Numbered from the stretch's first letter, positions 17,425 to 26,079 are shown. The stretch is DNA of 28,802 nucleotides from Candidatus Micrarchaeia archaeon (GCA_041500405.1 JBGQMB010000007.1:1-28802); one strand, 5' to 3'. Program-made: numbers and translations. The notes: a model not told the origin generated them from the sequence alone.

Positions 17425-17973
17425 TTATCCGAAAAGCCCGTTAAGGACGACCCAGTTCCAGGCGGAGAGGCCAAGATAGGCGGTCACCCCGTATTTAAGC
17501 GCCTTTCCGATGAAAACAGGCAAAAGGAACCTTTGGACCGGTATTTTTATGGTCCCTGCGGCTATCCCGGCTATGTCAAATATCGGGTTGGGTATGAAAG
17601 CCAGCAAAAAAAGGAACATAAACTCCGAGCCCTTGAGCCAGGACTTCTGCTTCTCGAACTCCGGAAGGCTCTTCAAATTAAGCGTGGAACGGCCGTAATA
17701 GCCCGCATAATAGCCAGTTAACTCGCCAAGGGCGCTCCCGATGCCGCAGGCCAGGCCCAGGACAATAGGGCTGTAATGGACGCCCATCACCGCTATTATC
17801 GGCAGGATTGTGCCCGGCAGCAATATAGTTGCGGAGCTTATGAGCGCCATGAGGAAGGCGCCGATGTAGCCAAAGGGCCCCAAGGCGTCGTACGGGATAA
17901 TGAGGGAAACAAAGAAGAAGATGACGGCGGCTATCAGCGCCGCCGCAAAATCGATAACTTCTTTTTTCAGCAA
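17425..17973 (-). CDS. DedA/VTT-domain membrane protein
   Basis: SSATILLPG, GSALGELTGYYAGYYG, AFIPNPIFDIAGIAAG and FIGKALKY. Confidence 0.9.
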   Translation of the reverse strand: MLKKEVIDFAAALIAAVIFFFVSLIIPYDALGPFGYIGAFLMALISSATILLPGTILPIIAVMGVHYSPIVLGLACGIGSALGELTGYYAGYYGRSTLNLKSLPEFEKQKSWLKGSEFMFLFLLAFIPNPIFDIAGIAAGTIKIPVQRFLLPVFIGKALKYGVTAYLGLSAWNWVVLNGLFG

Positions 17974-17974
17974 A

Positions 17975-18805
17975 CTACTCGCACCTGAATGTCAGGGTGT
18001 TGCACACCATGCCGGTCGGGCAGTTGGAGTCGCTCGCACACCTGCCCTGCTGGGGCACGCACGTGTTGTTTGTCGCGCAGTATTGCCAGTCGTCGCAGTT
18101 GTCGTTGCTGTAGCACATGCCGTTCAGCACCGTGCACTTGTGCGTCTTTGCGGAGCAGAACTCAAACTCGCTGCATGCAGAATGGGTGTCGCAGTATCCC
18201 AGCGCGGCCGCGCACTTGTGCGTTGACAGCTGGCACATCTGCCACTTGCTGCATTCCTCGTCCCCGTTGCAGAATCCCGATTTCGGCGTGCAGAGGTGCG
18301 TTTTGATCGTGCATGCCTCCCAAGCGCTGCAGTCTATGTCAGCGTCGCACTTGTCCTCCATCGCCACGCACTTCTGGAGCGTCGTGTTGCAGGTCTGGTA
18401 TGACGCGCAATCCGCGTCAAAGTTGCACCTTCCTGTCTTCAGCTTGCAAACATGGTTCTTGGTGTCGCATGAATACAGCGGATTCGTGCAATCCTCCTCC
18501 ACGTTGCAGTTCCCTTCCGTTGCAACGCAGTTGTTTTTTTCAGCGTCGCACGTTTCCCAAAGGTCGCAGTCCGCCTCCCTGCTGCACCTGTCCACCTTTG
18601 CCACGCAGGCATGCGCCTTTGTGTCGCAAGTCTGCCAGTCAAGGCAGTCTGTCGACGCGCCGCACATGCCGGTGTTTGCCATGCACTTGCTTGTGTTCAG
18701 GTTGCACGACTGCCAGGCCTTGCATTGGTCGTCCGCCGTGCAGCTGCTTTCCAGGCAGCCGAACAGGAAAACCATCATTGCTACGAGTATTATCAGGTAT
18801 TTCAT
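17975..18805 (-). CDS. Cys-rich tandem-repeat lipoprotein (10 repeats of about 26 aa)
   Basis: Lipobox-like MKYLIILVAMMVFLFG-C, then ten C-x5-C-x5/6-C-x5/6-C units. Confidence 0.88.
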   Translation of the reverse strand: MKYLIILVAMMVFLFGCLESSCTADDQCKAWQSCNLNTSKCMANTGMCGASTDCLDWQTCDTKAHACVAKVDRCSREADCDLWETCDAEKNNCVATEGNCNVEEDCTNPLYSCDTKNHVCKLKTGRCNFDADCASYQTCNTTLQKCVAMEDKCDADIDCSAWEACTIKTHLCTPKSGFCNGDEECSKWQMCQLSTHKCAAALGYCDTHSACSEFEFCSAKTHKCTVLNGMCYSNDNCDDWQYCATNNTCVPQQGRCASDSNCPTGMVCNTLTFRCE

Positions 18806-18865
18806 CTAAAATACACCCTAAATTACGTTTTTACACAAATGTTTTTAATGGTTTGGACAGAACCG

Positions 18866-19099
18866 ATGATTATGATTTACAGGATACCCATGGACCGGGG
18901 CGCGTTCAAGGACAGGTCGTTCTTTATTGACAGGAAAACAGACTCTCCCTTTTGCAAGGAGCACGGCGCCATGAACGTCGTTACCGTTGTCAGCAAGAAC
19001 GGCAAAAAATGCCTCTGGTACAGGTGCCTGGTTTGCCACATCGGCGCGGTTTACGACAAGGAAATCAAGACAAACCAACCGTGGATAGAGGTGAAATAG
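18866..19099 (+). CDS. Small putative Zn-ribbon protein
   Basis: CKEHGAM...WYRCLVC (CxxH/CxxC). Start uncertain (18848, 18866 or 18872); TTTTTAAT box at about 18842. Confidence 0.65.
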   Translation: MIMIYRIPMDRGAFKDRSFFIDRKTDSPFCKEHGAMNVVTVVSKNGKKCLWYRCLVCHIGAVYDKEIKTNQPWIEVK

Positions 19100-19510
19100 A
19101 TGGACGCCGAGAAAATGATGAAGAAGCTTGATGCCGCAAAGATAAAGTTCAGCGTTGTCGGAAGCTACGCGCTCCTTTCGAACGGCTACAAGGTCAAGGC
19201 AAATGACGTTGACTTCATTGTGGAGAAAAAGGACGTTGAAAAGGCGTCTTCGCTCCTTTCCGAGTTCAAGGACGCGGAGGTTTACGAGGGAAAGCCGCGC
19301 TCCAGGATTTTCACTCCTGAGGAATACAGGGATTTGTTCATTTCAAAGTTCGTTGTTGACGACTTGATGATCGAGAAATTGGCAAGGCACGCAATTGACG
19401 AGCCGCGCATAATGCCGCTTTTTGAGAACACCGAGATAATCTTTGTGCTTGAAAGCATGAAAAAGGACATTGAAAGGAAGCTCAAGACATCTGGTCAAAG
19501 TAATCCTTGA
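19100..19510 (+). CDS. Small Pol-beta-superfamily nucleotidyltransferase
   Basis: VVGSYAL...NDVDFIV (hGS...DhD). Directly abuts the upstream stop codon. Confidence 0.75.
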   Translation: MDAEKMMKKLDAAKIKFSVVGSYALLSNGYKVKANDVDFIVEKKDVEKASSLLSEFKDAEVYEGKPRSRIFTPEEYRDLFISKFVVDDLMIEKLARHAIDEPRIMPLFENTEIIFVLESMKKDIERKLKTSGQSNP

Positions 19511-19556
19511 AGCTTTTTCAAAAAAAGCTTCAGCAAAAACGGGCCTTTTAGGCGCA
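19508..19556 (-). repeat. Palindromic repeat element
   Basis: TGAAGCTTTTT-CAA-AAAAAGCTTCA-GCAAAAAC. The reverse complement resembles 24464-24522. Confidence 0.75.
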
Positions 19557-20576
19557 TCAATTCATCTGATCGAAGTAATCCTTTAGTTTTCCGTGCAGAA
19601 GATAAGGCGCGCTTTTCAAAGATTCAACGTCCTTGCTTCCTGAAAGGAACATGCAGTGCCTGAACTGGGTTGTCCATTCCTCCACTGTCTGCTCTAATAT
19701 TTTCTGCTTGTGCGCCTTCAGGAAAGGCATCGCGGCCCCGAACATGTCTGCGCCCAGCGCGAACGCCTTTGCGCCGTCTATTCCGCTCCTTATGCCCCCT
19801 GTCGCTATTATTTTCGCGAACGGAGATGCCATGATTATTGACAATGCCGTTGGTATGCCCCATTCCTTGAACCCAGGCACCTGGCCGTTCCTCATGTATT
19901 CCACCCTGCTCCAGCTTGTGCCTCCTGCGCCTGCTATGTCAATCCATTCTATGCCGATTTTTCCAAGGCGGAACGCGACGTTCTTGCTTATGCCGCCCCC
20001 GACTTCCTTGACTATGACCGGGATTTTCAGCGCGTCCTTTATTTCCGCTATCCTGTCCAATACGCCTTCCCAGTCCCTGTCCCCTTCCGGCTGGATAAGT
20101 TCTTGCAACGGATTCAGATGCACTGCCATTGCGTCCGCTTCTGTGGAGGATGCGGCCTCCTCTATCCTTTTTGTTTCGTACCTTTTCAGCTGTATTCCGC
20201 CGATGTTGCCTATGACGAATGCGCCCGGGTATTCCTTCTTTACATAATAGGTGTCCCTGAGCCTGCTGTTTTCCACCATCGCCCTCTGGCTTCCCAAGCC
20301 CATCGGGATTTTGAACTTTTCCGACATCTCGGCCAATGCGAAGTTTATTTCCTTCGCGCCGCCAAATCCGCCCGTCATTGCGGAGATATAAAGCGGATAA
20401 CTGAACGTTTTGCCGAGGAACCTTGCCTTTGTTGAGATTGAGTCGTAGTCTATCTCCGGAAGCGCATTGTATATGAGCTCCACGTCTTCCAGCCCCGTTG
20501 TCTTCACGTATTGCGACTCCTTTTTCAGGGACGCGAGAATGTGCTCCTCCTTCCGTTTCTCTATGGTGCTGGCCAT
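19557..20576 (-). CDS. fni: Type 2 (FMN-dependent) isopentenyl-diphosphate isomerase
   Basis: RKEEHI, ISAMTGG, GLGSQR, HLNPLQELIQPEGD, VIVKEVG, AGAGGTSW and ATGGIRSG. Start placed at MASTIEKRK (20576). Confidence 0.96.
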   Translation of the reverse strand: MASTIEKRKEEHILASLKKESQYVKTTGLEDVELIYNALPEIDYDSISTKARFLGKTFSYPLYISAMTGGFGGAKEINFALAEMSEKFKIPMGLGSQRAMVENSRLRDTYYVKKEYPGAFVIGNIGGIQLKRYETKRIEEAASSTEADAMAVHLNPLQELIQPEGDRDWEGVLDRIAEIKDALKIPVIVKEVGGGISKNVAFRLGKIGIEWIDIAGAGGTSWSRVEYMRNGQVPGFKEWGIPTALSIIMASPFAKIIATGGIRSGIDGAKAFALGADMFGAAMPFLKAHKQKILEQTVEEWTTQFRHCMFLSGSKDVESLKSAPYLLHGKLKDYFDQMN

Positions 20577-20598
20577 GCTTTCCCATCTGCTGGAAGGG

Positions 20599-20606
20599 TT
20601 TAAATA
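20599..20606. promoter_or_regulatory. Putative bidirectional TATA box
   Basis: TTTAAATA is 23 nt from both divergent ATGs (20576 and 20629). Confidence 0.55.
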
Positions 20607-20628
20607 GTTTAAGCAAGCCCAATGGCAT

Positions 20629-22161
20629 ATGGCTGAAATCGGCAGGTATGCGCTTGTATGCGCGGTATTTGCGCTCGTTTTCACGTACATATTCGCCATA
20701 GGCAATGTCTCGATCCAGGACATAAACCTCCATACCACCGCCGCCCACGTGATGTACAAGATAGTCGTGGAAAAGGACGCCGGGCTCGCCGCATTCTTCG
20801 ACGTTGACCTCAAGCGGCCGGCTTCCGTATATCACCTATTCTACCTGGTTGCCTTCTATTTTTCAAGGTCCAGCCTTTTCGTCGCCTCGCTTTTCAACTT
20901 CCTGTATTTTGCGCTCTGGGGCGTTGCGTCCTATCTGGTGCTGAGGGAGGCCGGAAAGCTCAGTCTTGGATATTTCTCCATGATGATGGTGCTTTCAATC
21001 AACACGGGCGTGGCATATAACATGCCGGCGTTATGCGCGGCGCAGGTTGCGTTCCTGTTCCTGTATTCATACATATTGCGGAAGTCGAATGAGGGCAGGG
21101 CGGCGGGGCTGCTTTGGCTGCTGCCTGTTTCGGCAATCGCCTTCCATGTGCTGCATCCGTTTGTCGGCATATTGGCCGCGCTCACCATTTCCTTTTATGC
21201 ATTCCTCGGAAAGGACGGCAAGGTCAACATCCCCGGATTCCTTGTGTTTGCGATAGCCGGCGCGGCCGCGCAGCTTGCGCTGTGCAGCCTCTCTGTCCCA
21301 AACTATGACGGAACAAACACCATCATCGATGGATTCTTGAAGGACCCGGCAAGGGCTCTCATTGCCATGGTTGCCCTGAAGGCGATCGGCGTGCTGTTAA
21401 TAAACGGGCTGGCAATATGGATCATCTACATACCGCTTTTGATAAACACCGTGCAATCCGCAGGCGGATGGAACGTCCACCTGAAGTATTTCGCGCTCCT
21501 GGCGCTGTTTTTCCTGCTGATTCCCGACGGCGTCGGCAGCAGCGCCAACTTCTATTCCGGAAGGATGCTCGTTTTTGTCATGATGTCGCTCATCATCGCT
21601 TCAAAGGGCGGCAAGGAAGCATTTCCAGTCATTGTTCTGGTGCTGTTGGCGGCGGCCCTTGCCGCATATTATTTTGCGCTTTGTGACTATCCGGAGCTAG
21701 GCAGCTCATTGTCGCAGACCATAGCCAACGCCCTGGGGATGGGCAATGCGGCAGGCAGCCAAGCCGGCGACATGGCCAAGGTCGGGGATTACTTGAAGGA
21801 TGCCAATGTTTCAAGGGCATATATCGCAGCATATGGATTTGCATACGGAAGCAGGTATGAGGATATAGACAATGGGTGCATCTATTCCTCGATGTATGCA
21901 TATTCGTTCCATCCGATATCGTCAAAGGTGGAGACGTTTGCCGAATACAGCAACGAGCGCGTGGAAAAGGCCTCTTTCACTTCCTTTGGAACATGGGAAA
22001 GCGCAGATGAGGGTGCCTGTTCGGACGTTGCCTCAAATATAGAAGGCATATGCGGATTCTACTCCGTAATCGTCGCCCAGAACTGCACCCTGCCGCTGCC
22101 GGTTATGAACAGGAGCGGAACTGTTTCGGTCTATGCCTGCCCTGCCGGAACGCAAGGATAG
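20629..22161 (+). CDS. Polytopic membrane protein, possibly a GT-C-fold glycosyltransferase
   Basis: About 11 hydrophobic segments, a D-x3-H loop after the first TM, and a soluble C-terminal domain. The GT-C call is an inference. Confidence 0.6.
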   Translation: MAEIGRYALVCAVFALVFTYIFAIGNVSIQDINLHTTAAHVMYKIVVEKDAGLAAFFDVDLKRPASVYHLFYLVAFYFSRSSLFVASLFNFLYFALWGVASYLVLREAGKLSLGYFSMMMVLSINTGVAYNMPALCAAQVAFLFLYSYILRKSNEGRAAGLLWLLPVSAIAFHVLHPFVGILAALTISFYAFLGKDGKVNIPGFLVFAIAGAAAQLALCSLSVPNYDGTNTIIDGFLKDPARALIAMVALKAIGVLLINGLAIWIIYIPLLINTVQSAGGWNVHLKYFALLALFFLLIPDGVGSSANFYSGRMLVFVMMSLIIASKGGKEAFPVIVLVLLAAALAAYYFALCDYPELGSSLSQTIANALGMGNAAGSQAGDMAKVGDYLKDANVSRAYIAAYGFAYGSRYEDIDNGCIYSSMYAYSFHPISSKVETFAEYSNERVEKASFTSFGTWESADEGACSDVASNIEGICGFYSVIVAQNCTLPLPVMNRSGTVSVYACPAGTQG

Positions 22162-22201
22162 AGAATAGCTTATTAAAGCTTTTCCACTTAACACACCTTC
22201 A

Positions 22202-22927
22202 ATGGCCGAAAACGTAAAGATTGTGCTTTTCAAGGACATTGCGAAGCTTGGGCTCAAGAAGCCTAAATTCATAATTGGATTTCCGACCATCGGCCTTGTC
22301 GGGAGCATTTCACTTGCCTATCTTACGAGCACGATGGACTTTGAGTTCATTGGGACAATAAGGAGCAGCAGGTTCGCGCCTGTTGTGGCAATACATGACC
22401 ACAAGCCCATCCCTCCTCTCCGAATCATGGTTTCTTCCAAAAACAATATTGTTGCCGTTCTCTCGGAAATGAGCGTTCCGATGACGCTTTCGCAGGGCGT
22501 CTCCGACGCGATTTTGTCCTTGTTCAAGGAGATGGACGGCGACATGATGGTTGTTCTTGGCGGGATTTCGCTGGGGGAAAGGAAGGACGGCATATATTAC
22601 ATTCCATCTACGGAGCAGGCAAGAATCCTTTGCGAGAGCAAAAAGGTCGGGGAAAGCATAAAGGAAGGAGCTACGACCGGGGTTACGGCACTTTTGATTA
22701 TGGAGACCGCAATGAGGCGGATAAACGCGGTGACGCTTTTGGCTGAGGCAAACCCGGACATAAGCGACCCTAAGGCAAGCAGCAACATCCTGAAGTCGCT
22801 TTCAAGGCTGATTGATTTGCCGATAAAGACATCGGAATTGGACAGGGAAGCGCGGGAAATAGGGGAACAGGTAAAGGAAACCGAGCTCAAGTCTGCGCCG
22901 TTCCGCGGCGGGGACATGTATCGCTAG
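22202..22927 (+). CDS. PAC2-family proteasome assembly chaperone
   Basis: IIGFPTIGLVGSI, PPLRI, VVLGGI, GATTGVTALL and LLAEANPDISDPKAS. Confidence 0.9.
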   Translation: MAENVKIVLFKDIAKLGLKKPKFIIGFPTIGLVGSISLAYLTSTMDFEFIGTIRSSRFAPVVAIHDHKPIPPLRIMVSSKNNIVAVLSEMSVPMTLSQGVSDAILSLFKEMDGDMMVVLGGISLGERKDGIYYIPSTEQARILCESKKVGESIKEGATTGVTALLIMETAMRRINAVTLLAEANPDISDPKASSNILKSLSRLIDLPIKTSELDREAREIGEQVKETELKSAPFRGGDMYR

Positions 22928-22930
22928 TGT

Positions 22931-22960
22931 CCCTGAATTCAAAAGAACTATTTTTTGCGC
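22931..22960 (+). repeat. Degenerate copy of the repeat core
   Basis: CCCTGAATTCAAAAGAACTATTTT compared with CCCTGGGTTCAAAAGAACCCTTTT at 3917-3940. Confidence 0.6.
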
Positions 22961-23391
22961 TATACGTTTATGAGCTTTAGTTGAACCTTGGCGTTTATGT
23001 TAATACCTGACGGCACATCCAGCTTAGCCTGCACGAACCAAGGTATGGTTGAGGGATCGCGTATCTTGGATTTGAGAAAATTTGCCAATGGATTATCCGG
23101 CATATCAATTGGGGCAAGGGAGAGCGAGGAAGGAACTGCTATGGAAAATGCGTACACATCCCCGTTGTTGTATATTTTTTCTCCCGAAATCTGTTGTGGA
23201 ATCTCGTGAAAGATTTGGGGTGGTCTTCCCTTCCAAACCATCATTTCTCCATAAAAAATTATCTCCAAGCTACGGGCTTGCAGCGGTTTTGGCAGATTAA
23301 GATAAATCTTGCCGTTGATATTCTGCCCTGGCTTGAATTCAAGGCTTTCAAGTTCAATTTTTATGCTGCCATTGTCGCCAAATCCAAACAT
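22960..23391 (-). CDS. Arrestin-N/SpoOM-like beta-sandwich protein
   Basis: IKIELESLEFKPGQNINGKIYLNL..PLQARSLEIIFYGE...YAFSIAVP...WFVQAKLDVP. Start placed at MFGFG, with GGTG upstream. Confidence 0.7.
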   Translation of the reverse strand: MFGFGDNGSIKIELESLEFKPGQNINGKIYLNLPKPLQARSLEIIFYGEMMVWKGRPPQIFHEIPQQISGEKIYNNGDVYAFSIAVPSSLSLAPIDMPDNPLANFLKSKIRDPSTIPWFVQAKLDVPSGININAKVQLKLINV

Positions 23392-23493
23392 GCTGCCACC
23401 CATTTTTATATTTACTCGGCCTGTTTTAAAATATGCCGTAATATCTAAATCAATGAGCACATAGTTTTTAAATAAGCGAAGATATATCTTATC

Positions 23494-24372
23494 GTGGAAT
23501 TGGCAAAAGTCGATCAGATTTTGTTCGGGATAGTTTTTCTGGCAGGGAGCTTCATGTTTGTATTGATCTCCCTTTGTCTGACTTTATTACCAGGCGGCTA
23601 TATCCTCAATTCGCTGCCTGAATGGGTTCTATTAGGAGCATTCTTTATTTTTTTTATCGAGGCAGTAGCATGGTGGCTAAAGGGAACCCTTGCCATGGAC
23701 GAAGCAAAGCTTGAACAAAAGAGCGCCACCCTATGGTCGCAGTTGGGCCGCTTTCGCCAATATTTGGATGCGTTTAGGGTCGCGATCACTTCAATATTAC
23801 TCCTGATAATTTTTGGCGTTGCTTTTTATTACATATTCAACAGTCTCAAATCAGGAATGGTCTTCAGAATCCAATTCTTTGTTTTGCTTGCGACATATGT
23901 CTTTTATCTTGTCGTAAGGAGCCCGCTATTGTCATTTCTGGGAAAACTCTTTGCGCCAGCAAGCAAGATGTTCCGCGGCAACCTGCCAAGCTACACGTTG
24001 AATGGCAGTGGGCTGACAATAGATCTTAATATAAGGAATCTGTGGGGCCCGTCAGAGAAATATCTGGTTAATATAAACTTTGATGAGCTTGATGAGATAA
24101 GGACATTCACGTTCCAAGAAGCAAGCACATTCCTTAGATATAAGATAGGTCCTAATGCTGAACTACTGGCAAAGCAAGCAAAGGGCATGTACAGTTACAT
24201 GAAACATGAGATACCGAGGCCATCAACCTATATAGTACACGCTACTTCAAGCATCGGCAAAATCGTATTGCTAAGGGGGCCTGAACTTCTTTATTTTGTC
24301 GCTTTTGACAAGGACGACGTCAGCGACCTTCTGGACGCTTTTGAAAAATACAAGAAAAAGGCAGGAAAGTAA
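23494..24372 (+). CDS. Hypothetical membrane protein (AT-rich)
   Basis: 292 aa with four N-terminal TM segments and a soluble C-terminal domain. TTTTTAAATA box at about 23465. Confidence 0.8.
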   Translation: MELAKVDQILFGIVFLAGSFMFVLISLCLTLLPGGYILNSLPEWVLLGAFFIFFIEAVAWWLKGTLAMDEAKLEQKSATLWSQLGRFRQYLDAFRVAITSILLLIIFGVAFYYIFNSLKSGMVFRIQFFVLLATYVFYLVVRSPLLSFLGKLFAPASKMFRGNLPSYTLNGSGLTIDLNIRNLWGPSEKYLVNINFDELDEIRTFTFQEASTFLRYKIGPNAELLAKQAKGMYSYMKHEIPRPSTYIVHATSSIGKIVLLRGPELLYFVAFDKDDVSDLLDAFEKYKKKAGK

Positions 24373-24414
24373 GGTTTTGCATGCAAAGCCCCCAACTAGG
24401 GGACATGTACAGGT

Positions 24415-24560
24415 AAGCCCCTTTTGGGCTTTTTCTGAAAAAGCCCAGGGAAAAACCAACGACGTTTTTCGCTGAAGCCTTTTCCCAAAAGGCTTCGCTG
24501 GAGCTTTTTTCCAAAAAGCTTCTTGGGTTCAAAAGAAAGCGTTTTGGCGCCTTTCCGGCG
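24415..24560 (+). repeat. Composite palindromic repeat element (three hairpins plus core)
   Basis: TGGGCTTTTTC-T-GAAAAAGCCCA (24425-24447), tandem 26-bp hairpin units (24471-24496, 24497-24522) and TGGGTTCAAAAGAA (24524-24537). Confidence 0.85.
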
Positions 24561-24660
24561 GCTGGGCTTGTTTTGGATAAAAGAAAATATAGAACCCTTT
24601 GCACAAGGCTAGAGTGGCCGCCGGAAGCGGCGGCATCCTGCGTTTTTGCGAAAAAAGCCG

Positions 24661-24852
24661 TTAAACCTTTTTCACGTTCTTTGCGCGCGGGCCGCGCTCG
24701 CTTGCCTCGACCTCGTATTCCACGGCGTCGCCCACTGCGAGAGCCGCTCCGCCCTCAATCGCAGACTTGTGCACGTATACGTCTTTGCCGTCCTCGCCCG
24801 TGATAAACCCAAAACCACGCGCTTCGTTAAACATCTTTACTTTTCCTTTCAT
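24661..24852 (-). CDS. csp: Cold-shock domain protein (CspA family)
   Basis: [17 protein letters not shown] (RNP1), DVYVHKSAI (RNP2) and GPRAKNV. Confidence 0.95.
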   Translation of the reverse strand: MKGKVKMFNEARGFGFITGEDGKDVYVHKSAIEGGAALAVGDAVEYEVEASERGPRAKNVKKV

Positions 24853-24968
24853 TTAAATCACCAATTTGATGCCTATCTTGAAACGCATGGTTTATAAAAT
24901 CTCGTTCTTGGAGGGAGCCACAGCGCCCAAACACTAAATTTAATAACCCCGGAGTGGCATATGCCCAC

Positions 24969-25547
24969 ATGGCAAAATCAATAAAGGGAACCCAAACTGA
25001 AAAGAATCTACTAAAGGCGTTCGCCGGCGAATCCCAGGCAAGGAACAGGTACACGTTTTTCGCTTCAGAGGCGAAAAAAGCCAACTATGAGCAGATTTCC
25101 GCAATATTCCTTGAGACCGCTGAAAACGAGAAGGAGCACGCAAAGGTGTTCTTCAAGCATCTTGAGGGCGGGGATGCGGAGATAACGGCAACCTATCCCG
25201 CAGGAAGGATAGGGAACACGGTGGAGAACCTGCTTGAGGCCGCGAACGGCGAGAAGCTGGAGTGGGGCACATTGTATCCTAATTTCGAGAAAGTCGCTAG
25301 GCAGGAAGGGTTCAACGATGTCGCTGACTCGTTCAAGGAGATAGCTGAAGTGGAGATGCACCACGAGCAGAGGTACAGGGCGCTGCTGAACAATATCAAG
25401 ACTGGCGCCGTATTCAAGAGGAAGGGCGTTGTAAGGTGGAAATGCAGGAACTGCGGATACATACACGAAGGCCCGGAGGCGCCGAAGCAGTGCCCGGCAT
25501 GCAAGCACCCGCAGGCGTATTACGAGCTGCTTTGCGACAATTATTAG
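24969..25547 (+). CDS. rbr: Rubrerythrin
   Basis: TEKNLLKAFAGESQARNRY, ExxH di-iron motifs and a C-terminal CRNCG...CPACKHP. Confidence 0.96.
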   Translation: MAKSIKGTQTEKNLLKAFAGESQARNRYTFFASEAKKANYEQISAIFLETAENEKEHAKVFFKHLEGGDAEITATYPAGRIGNTVENLLEAANGEKLEWGTLYPNFEKVARQEGFNDVADSFKEIAEVEMHHEQRYRALLNNIKTGAVFKRKGVVRWKCRNCGYIHEGPEAPKQCPACKHPQAYYELLCDNY

Positions 25548-25553
25548 ATTTCG

Positions 25554-26027
25554 TCAGTTAAGCAGGAATACCGCCGCGTTCAGGATTGCGGCAAACGACA
25601 CCCAGGCAATGTAAGGAATCAGCAGAAGCCCGGCCGTCCTGGACACTTTCATGAATTCCCTTATTGTTATTGCGATTGAGAGCCAAAGCGCGATTATGCA
25701 CAAAAGGCCCAAAAGCGGGGAGTGCATGCCGAAGAAAAGGATTGACCATAAAACATTAAGCGCAAGCTGGACCGCAAATGCCGTCATGGCTCTTTTGGTT
25801 TTGCGCTTTTTCCGTTCCATGAAGACGAGGTATGCGGCAATGCCTATCACGATGTAAAGGATTGTCCAGACAGGCCCGAAAACCCAGTTCGGCGGGCTGA
25901 AAAACGGCTTGTTCAGGCCGGCGTACCAGCCCGCTATCGATGGAAAAGTGAAGATGGAGCCGATTGCGCCTGCCAGAAGGCAAAGCGCGACAAAAGCAAC
26001 GGCGATTGCCGCATTTTTTGCGTCCAT
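25554..26027 (-). CDS. tspO: TspO/MBR tryptophan-rich sensory protein
   Basis: WYAGLNKPFFSPPNWVFGPVWTILY, QLALNVLWSILFFG and LLIPYIAWVSFAAILN. Confidence 0.95.
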   Translation of the reverse strand: MDAKNAAIAVAFVALCLLAGAIGSIFTFPSIAGWYAGLNKPFFSPPNWVFGPVWTILYIVIGIAAYLVFMERKKRKTKRAMTAFAVQLALNVLWSILFFGMHSPLLGLLCIIALWLSIAITIREFMKVSRTAGLLLIPYIAWVSFAAILNAAVFLLN

Positions 26028-26079
26028 GGCTGGCTTTCTGCTCAGCAATTTAAAATACCTTCCAAACACCATTTATGAC

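Noticed and set aside
20577..20813. N-terminal extension of fni in the ORF track (418 aa)
   Set aside because: It overlaps the divergent membrane-protein gene. The IDI-2 motif starts at RKEEHI, and a TATA-like box precedes the ATG at 20576.
24271..24604. ORFs 24271-24459 and 24320-24604 (-)
   Set aside because: Shadow ORFs across the palindromic repeat element.
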